From contig NC_083444.1 in assembly GCF_020745735.1 (NCBI RefSeq), positions 9,864,338 through 9,928,337 on the forward strand: a stretch of 64,000 bases of DNA, read 5' to 3'. Positions 11,577 through 23,498 of the stretch are shown here, piece after piece. The stretch's first letter is position 1, and each line of letters begins with the position of its first letter. The stretch is from Hemiscyllium ocellatum (Eukaryota). A program made the position numbers and the translations under genes. The notes beneath the pieces were generated by a model. The model did no database searches. It saw only the letters and a program-made list of their open reading frames with translations, and had not been told where the DNA came from.

Positions 11577-13382
11577 ACACAGACACTCTCTCCCTCTCAC
11601 TCTCTCACACACACCCCCAGTAAAAAGCTTTTCTGAGATGCGCCATCCACAACTGGGCACTGTTCCTGCAGCTGGGGACTGACTGAGCTCCTGTCAAACC
11701 GAAGCATCACTGGCATTTATGTCTAATTCTCTTAGTTGAGACAAAGGCTTCAAAGGCACAGCTGGCAGCAGCTATCCCAAGGTGAGCGTCACTGAGAGGA
11801 AATTAATATATTGCCTGCTCTGCTGCTTACTTTCTTAAACCAAACAGCCTCCCCATTTCTCGCACGCAAGATTTTTGCTGGATATGGTTGATTGGGTAGC
11901 AGTGAGGAATAAGCAATCTGGTTTAATCTCTCTATTGACATTGAGGTAGTTTGCAGCATTCCTACTGTTGACATTGGGTGACTCTGCACAAACAAGCTGG
12001 AATGTTCTGTTCGGCCCAGTGATCACTCGACAGGCCATCTGAGCTGCGCAGGCAGCCGGAGAAACTCATTGTATTTTTGGCTGCTAAAGAGAGGCTTGCT
12101 TCTGTGATGTGTCGGAGCTTTCCTGCAGAATCTGGCTTTAAACTGACAAGTAGTGTGCTTTGTTTGTGTCTCAGGGTTGTTGGGGGGGGGGGGCGCGTTG
12201 GGAGAGCGCGTGAAGAGAGTGGTTTGCCGGGGAGTGGCCAAACAGGTTCCCACATTACCAAAGCGAAGGAGGAATCGTTCTGCGGCTGCTGTCATTGGCG
12301 GACAAGTAATATGTGCAGGCGTTTATTGGAACGTGACACCTGAGGCTGTTGGTGTGTTGCCAGTGGGCACGCTGATGGGCAGCTCACGTTTTTGCAGCGT
12401 GTCTGTTTGATTCCGGGCCAAGCACTCAGCACATCTGCGGATTTTGTTCTTGTTGCAGTCGGGTGAGAGCTGAGAGGGTGTGGGTGCTGATGGTTACAGA
12501 TGCTGGTGGCATTTTGGCTAATAGTTGGATGCTTTTTCTCTTGTAGCACGCTGACTGTTAGCGCTGGTGTGGTGGAGAATGTAACTGATGTTTAATAAGG
12601 TTGAATGAGGGGTGCATCCAATATGTGGGGGAGCAGGAAAGGTTTCCTCAGGTAGTGATGGTTTTAAAAAAAAATATGATCGTACGGTTCAGCGCAGTTT
12701 CTGAATGTTTAAACAGACAGTCACTGACCCGGTGGCAACAGAAAGGCGCAGATTTAAAGTAATTTTAGAGTTTTTTCATGTTTTACACCGCAAATTGTGA
12801 TGCTGAATATAGCCCCTGCAAGGGTGAAAGGTTGATGAATGCCACTTTAATAAGACTGAAAGGGAAAAAGGATTAGGGGAGAGAAGAAATTGCGATAGCT
12901 CGGCGAAAAAGAGCCAGCACTGTCTAGATGGGTGGACTGGCCTGTGTCAGTGCCGTGTCCTACAATTCTAAAGTTACAAAACAGATCACTGAAGGCGATA
13001 TATTTATGTTACTTGATGCGTTCCCTTTTCACATCAAACAGGGTTTACCCTTGAAAACTGCCAATTAATTTCAGCCAGATATTCTGTGCTGTGATTAAAC
13101 CCATCGTTTTTAAACAATAATCCATCTCGTTGGATTAAAGTGACACCAGGAAACCTGACACAAAATATTTCTGTCGTGAAACAGGAGCTGTAGAGGTCAG
13201 AGGCCTAAATATCCTGTGTATTATTTCCTAAGCTCTGGAATTTCTTCCCCCCGGACTTCTCCTCTGACTCATGGTCTCATCCCTCCAGCTACTGTTAAAA
13301 CATACACCTTCCATTCAGGCTTTCCTTATTTGTCTCGCTTTCAAATTATGTTTCTTAATGTTCCTGTGAGGCTGCTTGGGAT

Positions 13383-13715
13383 TCATAAAATCCCTACTGT
13401 TCAGAAGGAGGCCATTTGGGTCCATCAAGTCCACACCGATCTTTGAAGAGCACTCCATCCAGACCCATTCCTCTACCGTCTCCCAGTAATTTCCTGTGGC
13501 TAATCTACCTAACCGTCACATCCCTGGACACTATTGGGCAACTTAGCACGGCCAATCCATCCTGATCTCCACATCTTTGGACTGTGGGAGGAAACCTATG
13601 CAGACCATTGGGAGAATGTGCAAACTCCACGCAGGCAGTTGCCCGAGGGTGGGATCAAAGCAGGTCCCTGATGCTGTGAGGCAGCAGTGCTAACCGCTGA
13701 GCCACCGTGCTGCCC
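13383..13715 (-). mobile_element. HE1-type SINE
   Basis: Reverse complement of head (GAGGCAGCAGTGCTAAC..GAGCCACCGTGCTGCCC), V-domain and tail. Confidence 0.85.
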
Positions 13716-14169
13716 CTCCAGATGCTATTAAAACATTCAGGCTACCCTTCTGTGGCTCGGTTTCAGATTATTGTCTGTGAAGTTTCTGGTGATGTTCTCA
13801 CTGTGTTAAAAACGCTGTGATAATTGCAACGCTGTTCATCTCCAAACAATGTTATCCCTGTTTCCTTATGAGGACGCAATCAGCTTGCAGTTGTACCATC
13901 CACAGGCACCTGCAGGTTTCTGGGTAGTATCTGGCACTCGGGTGAGCTCTGATCGTCTCTTTTAACTTAGGCATTCCAGGTAAGCCAGTCTTTACACACA
14001 CACTTTCAGCAAGGTAAATTGATAGGTGATATAATTTGAGGAATGTTGTTATGTTTTGCCAACCCCGTCCTAATCTAGTCATTTAGAAAGAGCTTGCGTT
14101 TATTTCGTGCCTGGTTAGAACATTTTGTACTTTGCAGCCATTGAGATTTTCTTAAGGTTTTTCTTTGTT

Positions 14170-14770
14170 AGCGTGTTGCTGGCTGGGCCAGTATTCAATG
14201 GCCATCCCTAATTCTCGTTATGAAGGTGGGGGTAAGCTGCATTCTTGGTCTGTGCAGTTTGTATGATGTAGGGACACTCATGGGGGAAAGATCAAGGATT
14301 TCTGTCCAGAGGCAGTGAAGAAATGGCCAGTGTAGTTCCCAGTTAGCATGGTGTGGGGCTTGGAAGGGAGCGCGCGGGTATTGGTGTACCATGTTGCTGC
14401 TGCCATTATTCCTCTAGCTGATAGTGGCTGTAGGTTTTGAAGGGGCTGTTGAAGGAGTCTTGGTGCGTTGCTATAGATGATGTACATTGCTGCTACTGAG
14501 TTTCAGTGGTGAAGGAATGAGTGGTGGATGGGGTGGCAATCAGGTGGGCTGTTTTGTCTTGGAGAGTATTGAGCTTTGTGAGTGTTGTTGGAACTGCACT
14601 CATCCAGGCAAGTGGGGAGTATTCCATCACATTCCTGACTAGTGCCTTGTAGATGGTGGACATGCTTTGGGAATGTGTCACTCACTTGTATTTCCAGCGC
14701 CTGGCCTGTTCCTGTAGCCACGGATGGTCAAGTTCAGTTTTTGGCCAACGTTGATAGTGGGGGATTCTTG
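14170..14770 (-). mobile_element. LINE (CR1/L2 group) 3' fragment
   Basis: Minus-strand translation IYKALVRNVMEYSPLAWMSA...LNTLQDK is typical of a LINE RT C-terminus. Confidence 0.75.
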
Positions 14771-14944
14771 AATGGTAATGCCATTGTTGTTCAGTCACTG
14801 TTACAATGTGAACAGTCTGGCAGCCGATTTGTATACAGCAAGCTCCCATAAGCAGCAGTGTGATAAGATGATCTGTTAATTAGTAATACTGGTCGAGGAG
14901 GGAAATATTGGCTCAGATACTGCAGGAGAATTGGTGACTTTTTA

Positions 14945-15259
14945 TTTTAGATTAGATTACTTACAGTGTGGAAACAGGCCCTTCGGCCCAACAAGTCCAC
15001 ACTGACCCGCCGAAGCGCAACCCACCCATACCCCTACATATACCCCCTTACCTAACACTACGGGCAATTTAGCATGGCCAATTCACCTGACCCGCACATC
15101 TTTGGACTGTGGGAGGAAACCGGAGCACCCGGAGGAAACCCACGCAGACACGGGCAGAACGTGCAAACTCCACACGGTCAGTCGCCTGAGTCGGGAATTG
15201 AACCCAGGTCCCTGGCGCTGTGAGGCAGCAGTGCTAACCACTGTGCCACCATGCCGCCC
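14945..15259 (-). mobile_element. Young full-length HE1-type SINE
   Basis: CpG-rich and nearly identical to the copies at 31406-31730 and 59739-60050; (AGATT)n tail. Confidence 0.92.
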
Positions 15260-15789
15260 CCTAAATTTGTAAACTTCTTTGTAACACTGTTCTGGGAGAG
15301 ACCGATACCCCCTCAGCACAGACGCAGAACCTGTGTCACTTTTTCAGCTCAAATCAGCAAGACACTGAGAGGGGTTTACACTTCAAAAAAAGCTTTTAAT
15401 TAACCTAAATGCCAACAGAACTAGTTTTATTTTAAAAACCTGACTGCCTTTATGTAGTGAACTGCTATTAAGGATTAAATATGCTTATATTAAAGACTCT
15501 CCATACTCAAGATATCTCCAAAATACAAACATATTGCTCAGATCCCACCTTGTTCCCATCTGTGCCCCTTAAATTACTTTCTGTAATGCCCCAGCCCCAG
15601 CCCTTACAAACTCCCACTGTGCTCCTTTGTTTTTGAGAACTATTACAGAGGGTAGCTACCACCTTAGGAGACCTTGCAAGGCGTAGATATGATCTCCAGA
15701 GAGGCCATAGCCTCCTCTGAAGGAGCACCTGCAGGGAATTTTAAAAAAAAGAGCGAGGGGAAGACTTGCATTTATACAGTTCCCTTACA

Positions 15790-16042
15790 GGTGGCTCGGT
15801 GGCTCAGTGGTTAGCACTTCTGCCTCACAGCACCAGGGTCCCAGGTTTGATCCCAGCCTCGGGCGACTGTCTGTGTGGAGTTTGCACATTCTCTCCGGTT
15901 TCCTCCCACATTCCAAAGATGTGCAGGTCAGGTGAATTGGCCATGCTAAATTGCCCAGGGTGCCTTAGTCAGAGGGAAATGGGTTGGGATGGGTTACTCT
16001 TCAGAGGGTCAGTGTGGACTTGTTGGGCCAAAGGGCCTGTTT
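15790..16042 (+). mobile_element. HE1-type SINE with internal deletion
   Basis: Head, shortened V-domain, AATCTAATCT tail. Confidence 0.85.
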
Positions 16043-18541
16043 GCACACTAGAGAATCTAATCTTTGGAAAAAAAGCTCAGATTGTCCCAAAATATTTTTA
16101 CAGGCAATACACTTTTGAAGTGTAGTCAAAGCTGTAATTTTAAAGTGTAGTCACAGCAGGAAGTTCGCAAATGGCAAACTCCCACAAACAGAAGTGGTCA
16201 AATTTCAATGATATTGTCTGAGGGATAAATATTGGCCCAGGGCATTGGCAGAAGAATCCCACAGTGAAATGAAGAGTCCTTTTTGTCCACCTCCGAGAAC
16301 AGATGAGCCTCCTGCTTAACAGATCCTTCTCCTCTGACGGTGCATCTCGAGGGAGCTCAGCTTGAATTTTGTGCTGACATCTTGCAAGTAGGTTGAAACC
16401 ACAGATCCTCTGACCCAGAGACGGAAGCTGTGCCCCCTGAGATCCTGGTGTAGTAGGCGCTATTAATGCAAGAGCAAGTAATATTTTGTGGAATCTTTTC
16501 TGTCACGAGATGTGAGTGGTCACTGGTAGGGCCAGCATTTGTTGCCTATAGCTAATCGCTTTAGATCCAAGTGACCTGTTCAGCCATTTCACGTTGCTGT
16601 TGGTCTAGAGTCACACGTAGGCAAGACCAGGTAGCGACAGCAGATTTCCTCCACTGAAGGGCATTAGTGAACAGATGGTTCATGATAATCATTACTGACC
16701 ATATTCTGTTCCAGATTTGTTTTATTATGAGCCAAATTTAAATTCTACTAGATACGTTGAGGGATTTGAACTTGCGACCACAGACACTTTGTGTGGAACC
16801 CTGGATTACTCGTCGAGTGACATTACCGCTATATCACCGTCTCCTGTCTCTTGTGTGTGATTGTAGTTAAAGAGATCCCTAATCTGCTGTGTCCTGAAAA
16901 AGTGCGCAATTAGATTAAGAGAGTAAATACACAGCTGTTCAGACTAGCAACAGATTTCAGGCCTGCAAACCGAATCTAATATATTGGATATTTTAATAAT
17001 CTTCGATCTTTCTGTAGCTTTAATCTTTTGAATTGAAGACAGGATCTATCTAAATTACATATTGATTTTAAAGATTCCAAATTGATTTTTCTAAAATGAA
17101 AAGCTTTACATCAAAATAGCTGTTCTATTAGAATAATTGATGGCCTTTGCTTGGGCAAAGCTGTCATCTAACTGATTTATAATTTGAAAATACTCATCAC
17201 AGTTCAGATATGCCTCTTCCAAATGTCAAAAGTACGTACTATATTAGCAGAAGCAGTGGGAAGAGAAACTGGCATATTAGGCAGTTGTTTTCTGACCGAG
17301 AGCCAGAAATTTCCATCTCATGACAGAACAACAGGACTCAAATTGACTTCCACACATCTTGATTATATGCACGTGTTCCATGTGAATGTGTAATGTATGT
17401 GTGTGTGTGTGTGTGTATAGATTCTGCATGCATGTGTCAATGTATCTGCAACTGCATGTGACCGCGTGTGTACACATCTGTGTGTGTGTCCATATGCATA
17501 TATCCACGTACGTGTGTCCATTGTGTGTCTTGCAGGTCGGTCTGTGCATGTGTGTAATTAGACGAGTCAGTTTTAACAAAAAGCTATTGTCGAAGAGACT
17601 TTAAACAGATTTCCTGCTTCCAGTGTGTCATGATTTGACTTGCTGATGCTCCCCAGCATTGCATTTCTTTTGGCCCCTCTTTGCATCCCTCCATCTGCCT
17701 CCCTCTGTCTCCGGTGTCCCTGATGAGCAGCTTGGTGAGGTCACAGAGAGGCGGCTATAAATGGAACGATGTCATAATAACCTCGCTTGTCACACGTGAC
17801 ATCATAAGTATATGACAGAGCTAGCTTTGGGAGAAGATTTGCTTGATGAAAACTCTTGGGTGACCGACAGGATTCATGGTTAGTACCTTCCGCTTGAGAA
17901 GAATGCATTTCCACCCTCAGGCCCTATGTCCCCCCCACCTCGGTTGAGTGACTCCTCCTCGAGTTGGCTGGGAGTGGGGGGGGGCAGCTGGTGTGAGCAC
18001 GCCGTGAGGAAGTGCCCATTCCTGCCCCCTCACCTGGCATTGCAGCTATCTGTACTTTGCAGCAAAGCGCAGCATGGAGGGATGGGTATTGGGGCTGGGG
18101 TGCTCTGGGAGGAGGAGGAGGGGGCAAGGAAGTAGTGGGAGGCAGCATTCAATCTTTCTCAGTGCACCTCATGAGACCTGATGCTGTTGTGGATCCAGTT
18201 GCCTGGAGTAAGTTACTTTTGTCAGCATTGTTCTAAACGGGCATAACGGAAAGGCTGGAAATTTGTCCTCAGCATAGACAGTGGATGCCAAAGGGATAGC
18301 CAGAACTCTGAAGAGTCAGGAAGAGGTTTTAGATTTTTGTTGGGCAGCACAGACACGCAGATAGTGTTAAGATCCAGGCCAACCATGACCTGAGTGACTG
18401 ACCTCTTTCTGTTCCCATGAGTTGATTCAGCTTGCTATCACCAGGAGTGGCTGCAGGAAGCCAGATAAACACGTGAGTGTGAAAGGAATAGGGGGTTATG
18501 CTAAGTTGAAGTAGGCAGCTCTAGCCAATCATGAGTCAATC

Positions 18542-18851
18542 ATTAGATTAGATTCTCCAAAGTGTGGAAGCAGGCCCTTCAGCCCAACGAGTCCACACCG
18601 ACCCTCCAAAAAGTAACCCACCCTGACCCATTCCCCCACCCTATATTTACCCCTGACTAATGCACCTAACTCTATGGACAATTTAGTATGGCCAGTTCAC
18701 CTGACCTGCACATCTTTGGACTGTGGGAGGAAACCCACACAGACAGGGGGGAGAATATGCAAACTCCACACAGGCAGTCACCCAAGGGAGGAATCGAACT
18801 CGGGTCCCTGACACTGTGAGGCAGCAGTGCTAACCACTGGCCACCGTGCCT
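18542..18851 (-). mobile_element. HE1-type SINE
   Basis: ATTAGATTAGATT tail and reverse-complement head. Confidence 0.85.
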
Positions 18852-19795
18852 CCATAAGTCAGATTTGTTGTAACATTTGATGTAATTGTTGGGAGTAATA
18901 GGTTATAGGGTAGGAAGGGATTGGGTGATCTACTTTTGTTCCAGTGTACCTGCTACATCTGGATCTCAGCCAGATCATAGTTGACCTGGGCAACTTTGCC
19001 AGGCTATTGGACTTCTGCGAGAGCTACAACAGAATGGTGCCAAAGACGGAGGCAAACAGATGATCGCTTGAGAGGAAAATCTTACCATCCTTTCTCGAAG
19101 CTCCACCAGCTACACGCAGCCTCAGAACCTCCTCTTGTATCATGTGGAAGGTGTGGGGTGTATTTCAGTCCTCTTCAGGACTGTCTGTACACTACATTGT
19201 TAGTACAGGAAAGCCACAATACAAATATGAGTTGTTGAAGATTAGTGCAGTTCTGAAAGTTCTGTGATTTTTCACCCACTTGCTGTGTTAATGTCTATTT
19301 TAACCACACCATGCATTACCTCATCCACCACCTTCAGCATTCATTCACTCCCTCCACCACCAACCCACAGTGGAGTAGTACATACCATCCGTAAGATGCA
19401 CTGCAGCAAATCATCAAGGCTTCTCCGACAGCAAGTTCCAAAATTGTGACTCCTGTCACCGAGCAGGATGAGCGCAGCAGGTAAATGAGAACACCATCCC
19501 CTCCAAGTTCCCGTCCAAGACACTCCTCATCCTGACTTGGAAATATATTGACTGTTCCTTCGTTGTCGCTGGGTCAAAATCCTGGAATTCCCTTCTGTGG
19601 GTGTCTTTCCACCACACGGTGTGCAGGAACTCCAGATCACCACTCTCTTTGCATGAGCTATTAAACATGAGAAGCAGTCGCTGAGCTTTCCAGCAGTTTT
19701 TATGTCCTGAGGAAGTGAAGTAAAACACAGCTGTGTCTTGAGCGAGGCAAGTAAGAGTTTGAGACTAAATGCAACTCCTTTCTGTTTCTTTTCAG

Positions 19796-19877
19796 GACCA
19801 AAGACATAAAGTCACACTGAAGCGACACCGGTAGCCTTCTTCAGGACGGACTTATCTGGCTTTAGACCATTTTGCAG
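19796..19877 (+). other. HDLBP: Predicted internal 5' UTR exon of vigilin (82 nt)
   Basis: Strong acceptor CTCCTTTCTGTTTCTTTTCAG| and donor CAG|GTGAGT in unique sequence 1.6 kb upstream of the ATG exon. Confidence 0.65.
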
Positions 19878-20181
19878 GTGAGTTGAGCTGATGCTGTGGA
19901 TGTGAGGGCAAATTAAAGCCACATTGGTGTGACATCAAAACTGAGAGATTGTACTTTAGACCAGAGTTTGTTTCTCTGGACATAATTCTTTAAAGTGATG
20001 GATCTTTAATACGGTGGCGGTTGAACAGGTGTCCCTACTTGTTTGGGGGTTACGGAACAAGACTCATAAGGTAGTAATTAATTCTAGACTTTTGGATAAA
20101 TTTCTTCACCCAGAGACCGCTGAGAATGTGGAACTCACTCCCACATCCAGAGGTTGAGGCGAATAGTGTAGATCTCATTAA

Positions 20182-20796
20182 TGCAATATTGTGGCTTTAA
20201 GAACTTATTTTGTCCTTTTGTTTTAATTTGAAGAGAAGTGTTAAGGCAGAAGTGGTGCGCAATCTACCAGAGCCTATAGAATAAACAGCTTGTGAGGCCT
20301 TGGCGCTTTTCTTTTAAGTTGGAACAATAGAAGCAGCCTGACTGGGTGTGGTCAAACTCCCACAGAATCAGGATTTCTAGTTTAGCTTTCAGCAGTTGCC
20401 GTTGGGATCTGGAAGAAGTGAAAGCTATTTCCCACCCCCTCTCTCCGTTACAGCCAAAAGCTGGGGGTTCTCTGTTTGCTACAGGAGTTGGATGTGAGAT
20501 CGCCTGTCTTCTGAAGGATGTGTTTATGGGGTGCTACTATATTGGATCAGTTACTGTTTAGTAGTAAAGTAATCTATTATTCTGTTAAGTTTTCCAGTAA
20601 AGTTAAGTTCCTCTTTCCTTTGTTGTATTTTAACTGTGGTGTTTGAACAAATTGTTTTGTGTTTAATGTCAAGTAGTTTGACTGTTTGAATTGCAACTGG
20701 AGCACAGCACCTCACATTTACCTTTAAAATAAGAAAACGTTAGGTGTAGGCTATCTTCTTAATATGTTTCGAGGGATTCTGGTCTGGTCCATAGCA
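20182..20796. mobile_element. Solo LTR, family A
   Basis: TG..CA ends; homologous end to end with 48779-49447 (e.g. CCTTTAAAATAAG-AAA-GTTAGG and GGTCTGG-CCATA-CA). Confidence 0.65.
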
Positions 20797-21520
20797 TATG
20801 TGAATGTAAATTTGTTGGAGGTGGTTTAGAGGAAGTTTAAAGTTTGGGACTTGGAATGAACAGGTGGTCCTCTGAGGAACAGTCAGATAGAATTGGTTTG
20901 TTGTCATTGTAGAAGAGTGAGGAGTGATTTAATTCTGTTATATAGCAACCTGAATGGCCTTGGCAAAGTGGACATTGTGAGTAGGGGATACTGTTGTAGA
21001 ATTAAGGGTCATTGATTTAGGATAGAGTTTTTTTTCTCTCTGAAGGCGTGGAAGCATTGAATGTAGAGGTAGATAGATTCTTGTTGGGTGGTTCAAAGCC
21101 GGTAGGAGTGTGGAAACACTAACAGATCAGCCATAATTTTAGTGAATGGTGAAGCAGACTTGAGGGGCTGAATGGCCTATTACTGCTCCTAATTGATGTG
21201 TTTATGTGAGGCAGAAAGAAACAGATGTTTGTATCAATTGGGTGTGAAAGGAGGTGGGTGAGAGCTGATGTGGAGAGGAAATGCAGGCGTCGATGTGTTG
21301 GGCTGAATGGCCGTCTTCAATCCTGTAACTCCAATCCAGTCTGTGAAAGTCCTGTTCTGTTGATGGCACCGCGTGCACGGGGTTGTTGCGTGGTGATGCC
21401 AGTGCCCTTGCCCGAAGCTGGAATCTTGGTGAGCCATAACTGATGCCCAACCCCTTCTCCTCCATCTTTTATTGCTGTTTCAGTGGAATATCGGAATCTG
21501 TCTAATCTGGGTTTGGAACC

Positions 21521-21596
21521 ATGAGCTCGGTTGCTGTGCTTACACCGGAGAGCTTTGCTGAGCATCGCAGTGGCTTAGGAGACCAGGAGACCAGAG
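21521..21596 (+). CDS. HDLBP: Vigilin coding exon 1 (exon starts at 21484 with 37 nt of UTR)
   Basis: MSSVAVLTPESFAEHRSGL matches the vigilin N-terminus; in-frame TAA at 21503 upstream; donor AG|GTGGGT, phase 1. Confidence 0.95.
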
Positions 21597-22244
21597 GTGG
21601 GTGTTGTCATACAGCAGACGACCATCTTCAGCAATACCATGAGAAAAGCAATGCCCAGGGTAAATGCTTGCCTTCCTTTCTGGGAGGGAAATCTGCTGTC
21701 CTTACCTGGCTTGCCCCATGTGGGACTCTAGGCTTGTAGCAATATGGTTGACTTGGAACTAGTATCTGAAATGGCTTAGCGAGCTTCTCCGTTCAGGGTC
21801 AGTGAGGGCTGGGAGGTCAGTGCTACCCTTGCTCAGAAAAGTCACACGCTGTGAAAGACTAAAGCTTCTTTGGCCCTGGTAATAAACACACCAAGTCTGC
21901 TTTGCTTCAGGAGATCCCAAGCTACTTTACAGCTATTGAGGTACTTCAGAAATATTACCACTGTTGTAGGAAATGCTGCAGTCAATTTGCACACAGGAAT
22001 CTCCCACCAACAGCAAAGTGATGATGACCAATTCTTTTTCTTTCCCAGTGGTGCTGTTTCAGGGATAAATATTGAATCCAGGATGGCCCTTTGCTCTGTT
22101 TGAACGCCCTGGGCCTTGTTACCCCCCACTTGAGAGGGCACAGAGTGGGACCCCAATCGGGTGTTATATCTGGAAGACAGTGTGGCATTCCCCTTGTACT
22201 GTACTTGGAGAATGAGCCTGGATTGAGACTCCTCTCCTCAATTT

Positions 22245-22540
22245 GGGGTGGCACGGTGGCTCAGTGCTGCCTCACAGCGCCAGGACCCGGGCAACTGTCT
22301 GTATGGAGTTTGCACATTCTCCCTGTGTCTGCGTGGGTTTCCTCCTGGTGCTCCGGTTTCATCCCACCGTCCAAAGATGTGCAGGTTAGGTAAATTGGCC
22401 ATGCTAAATTGCCCCTAGTGGTGCATTAGTCAGGGGTGAGTGTAGGGGAATGGGTCTCGGTGGGTTGCTCTTTGGAAGGTCAATGTAGACTTGTTGGGCT
22501 GAAGGGCCTGTTTCCACACTGTCGGGAATCTAATCTAATC
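22245..22540 (+). mobile_element. HE1-type SINE
   Basis: Head, V-domain, AATCTAATCTAATC tail. Confidence 0.85.
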
Positions 22541-23349
22541 TCCTGACTCCGATGCACCGCAGGAGGCTCCCAGTTTCATTCCCAGACAGTGTTGAGTTCC
22601 TGGATCTGCTGTAGCCACCCTTTTGATTCTGGGGAGAGTCTGGGGTCAGGTGTTGCGGGGAGGGGATTGAATGCAGAAGGGTACCTTCCTGTTCTTGTTC
22701 CACATCGCTTTCCCGTGATGCATGTTGGTGCGCACACGAGTGTGACTATCAGGTCAGGACAGATTTGAGTCTTGATGGTGATGCCTTCACAGTCGAGTGG
22801 TTTTCCAATGCACACTGTCTAGGCTCATGCACTTGGAGTGGTCCGGTAGCCAGTTAACGGAGGGCTTCTGGCAGTTTTCCAGTTGTACCCTTTAACAGCT
22901 TCAGACGAGGAGGGGAGAATGTCGGGACCCAGGTCAGAGACCCTCACGAGTGGCCCACCTTGTCTCCAGAAGGGAGGGAGAGATCGCACCAGTGAAGATG
23001 AGAGACCGAGGCCAGCCCACACTGCTCCTTGTGCGCTCCCCTGGTCACAACCAGGGGCACCCAAGGCAGGGAAGGATGTGGGCTTCCAAGCAGCAGCTAC
23101 GGTCCAGCGAGTTCTGTTCTTGATTTCAGTGGTGACCTTAAAGTGAGGAGGGACCAAAACATTGAGACGTCAAGTGGCTATTGTGAGGTAGGAGGTTTTA
23201 TTTGCTACGCTAACATTGTGGAGGGAGGGGCAGAGGTAATAGTTTCCCCCCCCCACTACCCCTGTATATACCGTCCCCTTTAACCATGATGCTTATGTGT
23301 GCGATTCACGTGGGTTGTGTTGTTGTTGTTGTTGCCTGTCTGTTTGCAG

Positions 23350-23498
23350 GTGGAGTACCTGAGGATGAAGCTTACATCCCCACTTACCTGGAGGCTTTCC
23401 CCCCTCTCCCTGAGAAGGGAACACCGGGGGACAAGTCTGGTGAACCCATTGGAGCGTGGAGCAAAATCCGACCAATCAAATCCTCAGTAATCACCCAG
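23350..23498 (+). CDS. HDLBP: Vigilin coding exon 2
   Basis: GVPEDEAYIPTYLEAFPPLPEK...GAWSKIRPIKSSVITQ; TTTGCAG| ... CAG|GTAGGT; 149 nt, phase 1 to 0. Confidence 0.93.
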
